Notes: generated by a model not told the origin, from the letters alone. Shown: positions 53,210-62,580, numbered from the stretch's first letter. The stretch: 64,000 bases of DNA from an uncultured Clostridia bacterium (GCA_944349515.1 CALVNE010000003.1:3331-67330); one strand, 5' to 3'. Numbers and translations: made by a program.

Positions 53210-53578
53210 ATGGAAATGTTTATAGATTATTTGTGGGTGTTTCTGATAGGCGGAATCGTGTGTATGATTGGTGAGATTTTAATTATCACCACGAACATAA
53301 CTTCGGCGCGCATTCTGGTGACATTTGTGCTTGTTGGCGTCTTTTTAGAGGCGGTTGGACTGTTTGACTACATTTCCGATTTTGCCGGCGCTGGAATTAA
53401 TGTGCCCATCATTGGCTTTGGTGCTTCACTTGCAAAAGGTGCGATTGGTGCGGTTAAAACGCAAGGGATACTCGGCATATTCACCGGCGGACTGACGGCA
53501 ACGGCGGGTGGCATTGCCGCGGCGGTCATCTTTGCCTTTATCTTCGCGCTTATTTTTCACTCACACACGAAAAAGTAA
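53210..53578 (+). CDS. spoVAE: stage V sporulation protein AE (SpoVAC/SpoVAEB family)
   Basis: ..FLIGGIVCMIGEIL.., ..DFAGAGINVPIIGFGASLAKG.., ..GIFTGGLTATAGGIAAA.. Confidence 0.85.
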   Translation: MEMFIDYLWVFLIGGIVCMIGEILIITTNITSARILVTFVLVGVFLEAVGLFDYISDFAGAGINVPIIGFGASLAKGAIGAVKTQGILGIFTGGLTATAGGIAAAVIFAFIFALIFHSHTKK

Positions 53579-53632
53579 TGAAAGGCAGAGGCTTTCAGTG
53601 AAAAGAGAAACGTGAAAAGTTGTGGAAGATTG
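53579..53632 (+). repeat. short copy of the repeat family (weak hairpin plus tail)
   Basis: ..GGCTTTCAGTGAAAAGAGAAACGTGAAAAGTTGTGGAAGATT, starting 1 nt after the spoVAE stop. Confidence 0.8.
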
Positions 53633-53676
53633 AGATTATTGATTTTATATAATAAAAATTGTTAATACAAAATGTA

Positions 53677-53700
53677 GTGTAGTATGCAATGCGTAATACA
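53677..53700 (+). repeat. decayed copy of the GTAGTATGCA palindrome
   Basis: GTGTAGTATGCAATGC followed by a degenerate right arm GTAATACA. Confidence 0.6.
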
Positions 53701-53738
53701 TCATAAATTGTGGTATTATGCCATTTCATTTGCTATTT

Positions 53739-53930
53739 TCTAAGCTTTTCCACAACTTGTAAAACGCAGTCTTTCCTTCACTGCGAGGCTCTATATTTAT
53801 TCACTTTTCACTTTTTATAATTTTACCACAACTTTTCAATTCTTCACGTTTCACCGAAAACCGTTAGGTTTTCTAAAATCTACCACAACTTTTCACGTTT
53901 CACTTTTCACTCAAAAATCTTCGATTTTTG
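53739..53930 (-). repeat. repeat-family array in reverse orientation with three tail modules, starting at the yunB stop
   Basis: The minus strand reads CAAAAATC-GAA-GATTTTTG AGTGAAAAGTGAAACGTGAAAAGTTGTGGTAGATTTTAGAA .. GAAAAGTTGTGGTAAAAT .. CGCAGTGAAGGAAAGACTGCGTTTT..AGTTGTGGAAAAGC. Confidence 0.9.
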
Positions 53931-54602
53931 CTACCCGCTCGGAGCGAGATTTATGATATTGTCACTACCTAAATACACCTCCGGTACTTTACCCGGGAGG
54001 ACGCTTTCGGTGACTAAAAATTCGGTTACGCTGTCAACGGTGGAGGAGTATGTGGGCAGAACAAGGCTGACGTTGGCGTGAAGTTCGATATAAAGCGAGT
54101 GCATGGTTTGATTGATACCGGCGCTGACGAAACTGCTACGGAAGGACGATGTCATGGCGCCAATTTGCACAATTTTAACATTGATTTTCGGCCCTAAACC
54201 CACTAGAAATGGCAAGCCCGTGAAGGTGCCAAGCGCGATATCTACGCCTTCCTTTCCCATGCGGTCGAGGTAGACTTGCGCAACCTGGTAAAATCTACGC
54301 GCCAAATTGTTCACAAGCACGGTGTCAACAGCGATAAGCGAAATGTCGCCGTGAGCGTCATACGAAATTTCCACGATGTCCTCATAAGTCACATTCTGTT
54401 CGGCGATGACGTCATAGACAGCGTCACTCACGGCGGAGGTTGAGAGGGTGTAGATGAGGGCGCGTGTGGTCTCTTTAACGACCGGGTTTACTACATAAAA
54501 AATGTAAAGAATAATCGACACGAGGATAAGAAAAAGAAAGGTGAGCGCAATGTTAATCCTTCTTTTACGCGATTTTCTTTGTAAATAGCAGAGTTTTTTC
54601 AC
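53931..54602 (-). CDS. yunB: sporulation protein YunB
   Basis: 223 aa. N-terminal TM. ..DIALGTFTGLPFLVGLGPKI.V.. and ..SSFRSSFVSAGINQT.H.LY.. are typical YunB motifs. Confidence 0.85.
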   Translation of the reverse strand: MKKLCYLQRKSRKRRINIALTFLFLILVSIILYIFYVVNPVVKETTRALIYTLSTSAVSDAVYDVIAEQNVTYEDIVEISYDAHGDISLIAVDTVLVNNLARRFYQVAQVYLDRMGKEGVDIALGTFTGLPFLVGLGPKINVKIVQIGAMTSSFRSSFVSAGINQTMHSLYIELHANVSLVLPTYSSTVDSVTEFLVTESVLPGKVPEVYLGSDNIINLAPSG

Positions 54603-54654
54603 GCTTTATATATATGCTCGCAAAGTTTGTATCTTTCCAAATTCAAAAAAATAG

Positions 54655-54708
54655 GCATTTTTTTGTCGATTTTTCCGTTGTTAATATGCATTTTTTGTCG
54701 ATTTTTCC
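54655..54708 (+). repeat. two direct copies of GCATTTTTTGTCGATTTTTCC (period 33) in the divergent promoter region
   Basis: Read directly at 54655-54676 and 54688-54708. Confidence 0.8.
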
Positions 54709-54852
54709 CTTATTTTTGAAAAATTTTGGTTTTATCGCGATTTTATTTTTCTTTTTTCGAAAAAATCGTTATAATAATCATGGTGTAGTATTGAATTAAA
54801 ATGTTTTATGCACAAATTTGGTGCTTAAAAATACTATCGCAAAGGTGGAAAA

Positions 54853-55584
54853 ATGGAAGAAAAAAAAGATTTATCAAATGCCAGACGCTTTCTTCAAGCG
54901 TATAACAACATAGATTACGCCATTCGAACTCGCTATAATCTGAATAGAAGCATGGGCTTTTCCGAACTTATTAGGCGCAGTGTGGCGCTAAACTACATCG
55001 TCAGAAAGTATGAGGACGACCTAATAGACTTTGGCAGGCTGAGAAACGCCATAGTGCATGGCAATGAAGATTACATAATGGCGGAACCGCACTACGAGGT
55101 GGTGGAGCAAATCGAGAAGATTGAGCGTCTTTTAACAACCCCGCCCAAGGCACTTGAAACTGTTTGCCGTCGCGATGTGCTAACAATTTCTTGCGATAAA
55201 TCCATGCGCGAGGCGATAATTTTGATTGCGTCGTCCTCTTACTCCAACATTCCTGTTTTCAACAATCAAAATGAAATAATAGGCGTGGCGAACGGGCAGA
55301 AAATTTTGGATTCCTTCGGCAAATACCTAATTACGGGCGGTAAGGCGGATATTTTCCTCGATAATGTTAAGATTGAGGATATGCTTTCTAAAATTGAAAA
55401 TAGCAATTACTACATCTTTGCGAACAAAGATTTAACGGTGGAGCAGGCGCTGGAATTTTTCCATAATAACTCGAAATTACTTGCCATTCTTGTCACGAAA
55501 AACGGCGGAGCCAAGGAAAAACCGCTTGGCATTATCACCGGCACCGATGTTATTAAGATGAACAGCATTTTGGAAAACTATTGA
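54853..55584 (+). CDS. HEPN-like (Rx4H) N-terminal domain fused to a CBS pair
   Basis: 243 aa. ..FGRLRNAIVHG.. matches the HEPN RN-x3-H motif. The C-terminal half has two CBS-like repeats (..SNIPVFNNQNEIIGV.., ..PLGIITGTDVI..). Confidence 0.7.
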   Translation: MEEKKDLSNARRFLQAYNNIDYAIRTRYNLNRSMGFSELIRRSVALNYIVRKYEDDLIDFGRLRNAIVHGNEDYIMAEPHYEVVEQIEKIERLLTTPPKALETVCRRDVLTISCDKSMREAIILIASSSYSNIPVFNNQNEIIGVANGQKILDSFGKYLITGGKADIFLDNVKIEDMLSKIENSNYYIFANKDLTVEQALEFFHNNSKLLAILVTKNGGAKEKPLGIITGTDVIKMNSILENY

Positions 55585-55710
55585 TCTTTTTAAAAGCGCA
55601 CTTTAGAGCGTATTACAACTCATAAATTTGTTTTCTATCCTTGAAGGTATATGATGTTAGGGAGTTTTACTACAAATTGCCTCATGTTTTTTGAAAAATA
55701 ACAAAAAAAG

Positions 55711-55739
55711 TTGACAATGCTCTAAAATTTAGTTATCAT
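55711..55739 (+). promoter_or_regulatory. sigmaA-type promoter of the ileS leader
   Basis: TTGACA, 17-nt spacer, TATCAT. Confidence 0.6.
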
Positions 55740-55745
55740 ATTAGA

Positions 55746-56025
55746 GTATGTAGAACCGCCAAGTTTAAGGTAGGTTTTACAGTATATTCACAATAAAGGC
55801 GTTTGAGGAAAGACAACACCTCTCCGCGTTCGTCATTTAAGAGAGTTGCCGTGTGGTGCGAGGCAATATGACAGCGGAAAGGTTATCACTTTTCGAGCCT
55901 CCTTTCTGAAACTTAGTAAGAGAGGACGGGACTTCCCGTGATAGAAGGCGTGGGTGATTGCCCACAAAGTGAAACAAGTGGTTAACTTTCTTAGCGAAGT
56001 CTTGTTTTGCTAAGAAATTTTTTTT
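55746..56025 (+). promoter_or_regulatory. T-box riboswitch leader, isoleucine specifier (AUC)
   Basis: AGAGAG box with GTGGTGCGAGGC (stem I). ATC codon at 55885-55887 followed by A. Degenerate T-box AAGTGGTTAAC. Terminator TCTTAGC..GCTAAGA plus T8. Confidence 0.75.
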
Positions 56026-56036
56026 GGAGGAAGAAA

Positions 56037-59000
56037 ATGTATAAAAAAGTGGATTCAAAACTCGATTTTGTGGGAAACGAAGAAAAAATTTTGAAATTTT
56101 GGCAGGAAAAAAATATCGTCGATAAGGCGCTTAATTTAAACAAGGATAGCGGAAAAAATTTTGTCCTTCATGACGGACCTCCAACAGCAAACGGAAAACC
56201 TCATATTGGGCATGTTTTAACGCGCGCTATGAAAGACGTCATTCCACGATACAAGTCGATGAAGGGCTACTATATTTTCCGCAAAGCAGGCTGGGATACA
56301 CACGGGCTACCGGTTGAGGTGGAGGTTGAAAAGGAACTTGGCTTAAATGGCAAAAAGGATATTGAAAACTACGGCATAGATAAGTTTATTGACCTATGCA
56401 AATCTTCCGTTTGGAAATATAAATCTATGTGGGAAGATTTAACGAATAAAATCGCCTATTGGGTGGATATGAAAAATCCATACATCACTTACGACAATTC
56501 CTACATCGAAAGTGTGTTTTGGGCGCTTAAAGAAATGGATAAAAAGGGGCTTATCTATCAAGGTCACAAGGTTGTGCCTTACTGCCCAAGGTGCGGAACA
56601 AGTTTGTCGAAGGCGGAACTTGAGAACGGCGATAACTATAAGATTGTTAAAGATAAATCTATCTTTGTGAAATTTAAAAGTTTGCACGAAAAAAACACAT
56701 ATTTCCTTGTATGGACGACCACTCCTTGGACGCTTCCTTCCAACATTGCGCTTTGCATGAATCCAGATGAAGATTACACAAAGTTTGAGTGTGACAAAGT
56801 AAATTATATTATGCTAGACAAACTTATTCCAACCTTGTTTGAAGAGGACACTTACAAGAAGATTTACACCAAAAAGGGCAAGGAATTTGAAAATCAAAAA
56901 TACGAACCACTTTTTAACTATGCAAAAGATGTAGAGAAAGGCTTTATTGTCACGGTCGACAACTACGTGACAACCGACGACGGTACGGGTATTGTGCATA
57001 TTGCGCCGGCGTTTGGCGAAGATGACGCCTCGGTTGGGAAGAAATACGGCTTAACGTTCGTTCAGTTTGTGGACGAGGCTGGCAAGATGACCAAGGAAAC
57101 TGACTACGAGGGCGTGCCGGTTAAAGAGGCAAATGCGCCAATCATAGAAAAGCTAAAACAAGAGGGGAAACTTTTCAAAGTTCAACCAATCGAGCACTCA
57201 TATCCGCACTGTTGGAGATGCAAGAGTCCACTTTTATATTACGCGCAAGACGCTTGGTTTGTGCGAACCACAGCCATTCGCGACGAACTTGTTAAAAACA
57301 ACCAAAAAATCAATTGGATTCCAGACCATATCAAAAATGGCAGAATGGGAAACTTCCTTGCCAATAACATCGATTGGAATATTTCAAGAAATAGGTATTG
57401 GGGCACGCCACTTCCATTTTGGAAATGCGAAAATGGCCATGTTCACGTTGTGGGTAGCGTCAAGGAACTAAAGGAACTTTCCGGCGTCACCGGCGACTTT
57501 GACCTTCACAAGCCGACGCTAGATAAAATCACTTTCCCATGCCCAAAATGTGGCAAAACAATGAAAAGAACGCCAGAGGTTATGGACTGCTGGTTCGACA
57601 GTGGCTCAATGCCTTTTGCGCAATATCACTATCCTTTTGAAAATAAAGATATCTTCGAAAAGGCGTTTTGTGCCGACTATATCAGCGAGGCGATTGACCA
57701 AACAAGAGGTTGGTTTAACACGCTTCTTTCCGTCAACACTGCGGTGTTCGGAAAATCTCCGTTTAAGGCGTGCAATGTGCTTGGCTTAGTTCTGGATAAA
57801 AACGGCTTGAAAATGAGTAAGAGTTTAAAAAACGGAGTGGACCCTTGGGACGTTCTTTCCAAATATGGCGCGGACGGCGTTAGGTGGTATTTCTTTTCAA
57901 GTTGCAATCCGGCGCAAGGTTTGCCGTTCATCGAAGAAAACCTTGTTGACCTTCAAAGAAAATTTATGGGCACTCTTTGGAACGTCTATTGCTTCTATGT
58001 TCTGTATGCAGAGATTGATAAAATCGATCCAACAAAATATTCTCTTTCCGATTGCAAACTTTCCTTCCTTGATAAGTGGCTACTTTCCGATTTTAATGCA
58101 CTCATCAAAATTGTCGACGAGAATTTAGACAAGTATGATATGCAAACGCCAGCAAAGGCGATAAGCGAGTTTGTGGATAAACTTTCAAATTGGTACATCA
58201 GGCGCTCGCGCGAGAGATTTTGGGGAAGTGAGGAGAGCGAGGATAAGAAATCGGCATACAAAACGCTTTATGAAGTTTTGGTGAATTTGTCGAAATTAAT
58301 TGCGCCATTTGTGCCGTTTATTGCCGAGGAAATCTATCAAAACCTTGTTAGAAGTTTGGATAAAAACGTTCCAGAAAGCGTGCATTTTTGCAGATTTCCA
58401 GAGGCTGACGAGAAACTCATTGACCGCTCCTTAAATGAAGGAATGGATAAGGTTTTGGAAATCGTTCTTTTGGGCAGAGCCTGCCGAAGTGCAAGCAATG
58501 TGAAAAATAGGCAACCTCTTTCCAAGGTGCTTGTTTGCACAAAAGACGAACTTAGCCTTGACAACGAACTTGTTGAACTAATCAAAGACGAACTTAACGT
58601 TGAGAACTTAGAAATTCTTCACAATGCCGACGAATTTGTTTCCTATGAAATTAAGCCTCAACTTAGAACGGTTGGTCCAAAATATGGCAAATTTTTGGGA
58701 GAAATTAAAAATTACCTCTCCTCGGCAAATGCCAACGAAATTGTAAATAGTGTGAGAAACAAAAAGGAAATTTCCTTTGAGGTGGACGGCGAAAAAATCG
58801 TTTTGTCGGAAAGCGACCTTTTAATTACGCTTAAAAATAAAGAGGGCTTTTCCAGCGAAACCAACGGCAATATCACAGTTGTGCTTGACACATCTCTAAA
58901 CGCCGACCTCATCGAAAAGGGTATGATAAAAGAGTTTATTAGCAAAGTGCAAAACTATAGAAAAGAGAGCGGTTTTGAAGTTGTCAATCACATTAAAATT

Positions 59001-59165
59001 GAGATTAGTGGCGATGAAAATTTGACAAAAACGCTCTTAAGTCACAGCACTTTCATTATGAAAGGCACGCTTAGCGATGTTGTTAAAATAGGCGCAGATG
59101 GAACGCATTCCTTCGAATTTGAATTTGGCGAAAAAAATGTGACGGTGGCAATTTCAAAAGTATAA
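56037..59165 (+). CDS. ileS: isoleucine--tRNA ligase, type 2 (eukaryote-like)
   Basis: 1042 aa. ..HDGPPTANGKPHIGH.., ..GWDTHGLPVE.., KMSKSLKNG. The long C-terminal extension is typical of IleRS2. GGAGGA RBS before the ATG at 56037. Confidence 0.95.
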   Translation: MYKKVDSKLDFVGNEEKILKFWQEKNIVDKALNLNKDSGKNFVLHDGPPTANGKPHIGHVLTRAMKDVIPRYKSMKGYYIFRKAGWDTHGLPVEVEVEKELGLNGKKDIENYGIDKFIDLCKSSVWKYKSMWEDLTNKIAYWVDMKNPYITYDNSYIESVFWALKEMDKKGLIYQGHKVVPYCPRCGTSLSKAELENGDNYKIVKDKSIFVKFKSLHEKNTYFLVWTTTPWTLPSNIALCMNPDEDYTKFECDKVNYIMLDKLIPTLFEEDTYKKIYTKKGKEFENQKYEPLFNYAKDVEKGFIVTVDNYVTTDDGTGIVHIAPAFGEDDASVGKKYGLTFVQFVDEAGKMTKETDYEGVPVKEANAPIIEKLKQEGKLFKVQPIEHSYPHCWRCKSPLLYYAQDAWFVRTTAIRDELVKNNQKINWIPDHIKNGRMGNFLANNIDWNISRNRYWGTPLPFWKCENGHVHVVGSVKELKELSGVTGDFDLHKPTLDKITFPCPKCGKTMKRTPEVMDCWFDSGSMPFAQYHYPFENKDIFEKAFCADYISEAIDQTRGWFNTLLSVNTAVFGKSPFKACNVLGLVLDKNGLKMSKSLKNGVDPWDVLSKYGADGVRWYFFSSCNPAQGLPFIEENLVDLQRKFMGTLWNVYCFYVLYAEIDKIDPTKYSLSDCKLSFLDKWLLSDFNALIKIVDENLDKYDMQTPAKAISEFVDKLSNWYIRRSRERFWGSEESEDKKSAYKTLYEVLVNLSKLIAPFVPFIAEEIYQNLVRSLDKNVPESVHFCRFPEADEKLIDRSLNEGMDKVLEIVLLGRACRSASNVKNRQPLSKVLVCTKDELSLDNELVELIKDELNVENLEILHNADEFVSYEIKPQLRTVGPKYGKFLGEIKNYLSSANANEIVNSVRNKKEISFEVDGEKIVLSESDLLITLKNKEGFSSETNGNITVVLDTSLNADLIEKGMIKEFISKVQNYRKESGFEVVNHIKIEISGDENLTKTLLSHSTFIMKGTLSDVVKIGADGTHSFEFEFGEKNVTVAISKV

Positions 59166-59177
59166 TAAGGAAAAAGT

Positions 59178-60023
59178 ATGAGAACGGCAGAGTGGAAAGA
59201 TTATAAGGTGATATCAACTGGCGACGGGTATAAACTGGAAAGGTGGGGCAAGTTTAACTTGCTCCGACCAGACCCGCAGGTCATTTGGCACGCAAAAAGC
59301 AATCTATTTAAGCGCAACGATGTTGACGCGTACTACGAAAAGCGTGAGGGCGGAGGGCTTTGGCACTATAATAAAAAGTTGCCAGAAAGTTGGCAGATTT
59401 CCTATGAAGATATGAGGTTTATTGTCAAACCTATGGGCTTCAAGCACACCGGAATTTTCCCAGAGCAAGCCGTCAATTGGGAGTATATGCAAAAACTCGT
59501 TAAAGAAAGCGGGCGAGAGGTGAAAATTTTAAACCTTTTTGCTTACACCGGCGGGGCATCGGTGGCGCTATCGAAGGCGGGTGCCTTAGTCACCCATGTT
59601 GACGCGTCAAAAGGCATGGTGGAGCGCGCGAAAGAGAATGCGAAACTCAACAACATTTCAAATATTCGCTTTATTGTGGACGATTGCCAAAAGTTTATCG
59701 AGCGCGAGATAAGGCGCGGGAGTTTCTATGACGCGATTGTCATGGACCCACCAAGTTACGGCAGAGGTCCAAGTGGTGAAATGTGGAAACTCGAGGACAA
59801 CCTTGCCGAATTTATCGACCTCACCAAAAAGGTGCTCTCAAAAAATCCGCTTTTTGTGCTTATAAATTCCTACACAACCGGGCTGCAACCAACCGTGCTT
59901 GCCAACCTTTTAAAGGGCGCGTTTGGCGAAGAGGGTGTTGAGGCGGACGAGATTGGACTTTTAACCGAAGAGGAATACATTTTGCCATGTGGCGCAACGG
60001 GGGTGAAAGTATGGAACAATTAG
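59178..60023 (+). CDS. class I SAM-dependent methyltransferase (RlmI/RlmK-like rRNA methyltransferase family)
   Basis: 281 aa. ..ILNLFAYTGGASVA.. (SAM motif I), ..VMDPPSYGRG.. (DPP motif). Confidence 0.75.
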   Translation: MRTAEWKDYKVISTGDGYKLERWGKFNLLRPDPQVIWHAKSNLFKRNDVDAYYEKREGGGLWHYNKKLPESWQISYEDMRFIVKPMGFKHTGIFPEQAVNWEYMQKLVKESGREVKILNLFAYTGGASVALSKAGALVTHVDASKGMVERAKENAKLNNISNIRFIVDDCQKFIEREIRRGSFYDAIVMDPPSYGRGPSGEMWKLEDNLAEFIDLTKKVLSKNPLFVLINSYTTGLQPTVLANLLKGAFGEEGVEADEIGLLTEEEYILPCGATGVKVWNN

Positions 60024-60709
60024 ATGTGCTATATGAAGATAACCAAATTGTGGTGGTGATTAAACCGCAGAATGTTCCCACGCAAAGCGACATTACGGGC
60101 GACACCGATATGCTCACGCTTGTCAAAAGGTATGTGAAGGAAAAATACAACAAGCCGGGTGAGGCGTTCGTTGGGCTTGTGCATAGACTGGATAGACCAA
60201 CCGGCGGAATCATGGTGTTTGCGCGAAATTCTAAGTCGGCAAAGCGTCTTTCGGAGCAATTTTTGACGCACGAGGTGGAGAAGGTTTACTACGCGGTGAC
60301 AACAAAAGTTGTGCGAGAGAAAAGTAAAACGCTTGTCAACTATCTTGAAAAAAACGAAAAGGAAAATATCGTCAAAGTGGTGCCAATGCTCACAAGTGGT
60401 GCGAAAAAGGCGGAACTATCCTATAAGGAACTTGAAAACAACGGCACGGAAAGTCTGCTAGAAGTACGCTTGCAGACGGGGCGCAGTCACCAAATCCGCG
60501 TGCAACTTGCCTCTTTCGGCTATCCGCTGTATGGCGACGCAAAATATGGCAAAAATAAGAGTGTGGCGTCCAAAAACTTGGGTCTTTGGGCGGGGAAACT
60601 CTCTTTCACGCACCCAACTACCAAGGACAAAATGGTGTTTATGGTCTGCCCGGACATGACAGCACTGCCATGGAAAAAATTCAACATGGAAAGATATTTT
60701 GTGAGGTAG
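60011..60709 (+). CDS. RluA-family pseudouridine synthase
   Basis: ..GLVHRLDRPTGGIMVFA.. and ..GRSHQIRVQLA.. The ATG at 60011 follows GGGGGTGA and overlaps the upstream gene by 13 nt. Confidence 0.85.
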   Translation: MEQLDVLYEDNQIVVVIKPQNVPTQSDITGDTDMLTLVKRYVKEKYNKPGEAFVGLVHRLDRPTGGIMVFARNSKSAKRLSEQFLTHEVEKVYYAVTTKVVREKSKTLVNYLEKNEKENIVKVVPMLTSGAKKAELSYKELENNGTESLLEVRLQTGRSHQIRVQLASFGYPLYGDAKYGKNKSVASKNLGLWAGKLSFTHPTTKDKMVFMVCPDMTALPWKKFNMERYFVR

Positions 60710-60710
60710 T

Positions 60711-62492
60711 ATGAAAAATAGAGCGGAAATTGAAGAAAAATACAAGTGGGATATCACCAAATTTTGTAAAAGCGACGACGATTTTTACAAACGCCTAAAT
60801 TCGCTCGGCAACAAAATTAAAGTTATCAAAACCTACGAGGGGAAGTTAACTCAAGATGACATCCTCTTTGAATGCCTTGAAAAATGCTATGCTTTAAACA
60901 AGGAGTTCGGCTTTTTGACGCTTTACAGCGAACTTTCCAAAAAGGTGGATAATGCCGACACCATGGCGAATGAGATGTGCGATAAACTCAGCATTCTTGG
61001 CACAAAATATTCCACCTATTCCGCGTATATCGACGTTGAACTTGCCGGCTTTAGCGACGAAAAACTGAAAAATTTGCAGAAAGATAGGCGCTTTAAAAAC
61101 TATAAGCGCTTCTTTCAGGCGGTTAGGCGAAGTAAAAAACATATTCTCTCTAAGAGTGAGGAACTTTTGATATCCAAACTAGGCGACTTTTTGGGCGGAT
61201 ATTCCGACAACTTCGATAAATTCGCCGACGTCGACCTTGACTTTGGTGAGATTGAGGACTCGAGCAAAAAGAAGCACCCTTTCAACCAATCTAACTTTAC
61301 TCTCTATGCGGAAAGCGAGGATAGAACGCTTAGGAAAAATGCCTACAAGCGAATGAACGGCAAATTTGGCGAATTTATCAACTTTATCGCGAATAATTAC
61401 GCTAGCGATGTCAAAGAGGCTTGCACTTTCGCAAAAATTAGGAACTATAAGTCCGCTCTTTCACGGGAGATTTACGAAGAGGAAACAAGCGAGAAGGTCT
61501 ACTACATGCTCCTAAAAAAGGTGCGCGAAAATGTTAAAATTCTGCAAGATTTTTACGAAATTAAGCGTAAAGCATTAAAACTTGACCGCGTGGCAATCTA
61601 CGATACCTTCGCGCCAATTTCAAAGATGCCGAAACTTAAATTTACCTTTGAAGAGGCGACCGAGTTAATCAAAAAAGCATTAAATGTACTTGGCGATGAC
61701 TATGTTGCACTAATTGATAAGGCGGTGAAGGAGCGCTGGATAGATGTCTATCCTAATCTCAATAAGGATAGCGGGGCGTTTTCGTGGGGGTGCTACGGCG
61801 CAACACCAGTGGTGCTTTGCAACTTTGAGGGGAATTTGTCCTCCGTGTTCACGCTTGCGCATGAACTTGGGCACGCCATGCACTCATATCTATCCAACAC
61901 GCACCAGCCTATCCAGACGGCGGGCTATGTTATCTTTGTGGCAGAGGTAGCAAGTATAACAAATGAAATGCTCCTTCTCGATTATCTTCTTAAAAACGCT
62001 AAGACAGATGAAGAGAAAAAGTATTATTGCGACTATTTTCTCACCGAAGTGCGCTCCACCATTTTTAGACAGACTATGTTCAGCGAGTTTGAGGAGTGGG
62101 CGCATAAGACCTTCGAAAGTGGCGAGGCGCTGACAAGGGAGAGTATGTGCAAGACCTACAAAAATTTAAACGATTTTTACCACGGCAAAGATGTGGAAGA
62201 GATTGACGAAATGCAGTACGAGTGGGCACGCATACCACACTTCTATTCGCATTTCTATGTCTATAAATACGCCACGGGCATGATTTCGGCAATCAATATC
62301 GCACGAAATATCTTAAAGAAAATTGATGGCGCAGTGGAACAATACAAAAAATTCCTTTCATCTGGTTCAACCGCCAGCCCTATCACACTTTTAAAGCGAT
62401 GCGGCGCGGACCTAGAAAAAGAAGAAACCTACGATGCCGTTTTCGCCTACTGCAAAGACTATGTTAAAAATATGGAAAAGTTGGTGAAATAA
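60711..62492 (+). CDS. pepF: oligoendopeptidase F (M3B)
   Basis: 593 aa. HELGHAMH zinc motif and typical PepF length. Confidence 0.9.
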   Translation: MKNRAEIEEKYKWDITKFCKSDDDFYKRLNSLGNKIKVIKTYEGKLTQDDILFECLEKCYALNKEFGFLTLYSELSKKVDNADTMANEMCDKLSILGTKYSTYSAYIDVELAGFSDEKLKNLQKDRRFKNYKRFFQAVRRSKKHILSKSEELLISKLGDFLGGYSDNFDKFADVDLDFGEIEDSSKKKHPFNQSNFTLYAESEDRTLRKNAYKRMNGKFGEFINFIANNYASDVKEACTFAKIRNYKSALSREIYEEETSEKVYYMLLKKVRENVKILQDFYEIKRKALKLDRVAIYDTFAPISKMPKLKFTFEEATELIKKALNVLGDDYVALIDKAVKERWIDVYPNLNKDSGAFSWGCYGATPVVLCNFEGNLSSVFTLAHELGHAMHSYLSNTHQPIQTAGYVIFVAEVASITNEMLLLDYLLKNAKTDEEKKYYCDYFLTEVRSTIFRQTMFSEFEEWAHKTFESGEALTRESMCKTYKNLNDFYHGKDVEEIDEMQYEWARIPHFYSHFYVYKYATGMISAINIARNILKKIDGAVEQYKKFLSSGSTASPITLLKRCGADLEKEETYDAVFAYCKDYVKNMEKLVK

Positions 62493-62580
62493 AATCAAAT
62501 CTCGTAAGCAAAAAATATCTTTTAATAAAGAATTATTTTTAAAGTGATTTTAAATAACGAAAATTTATAAAAATGAACAG

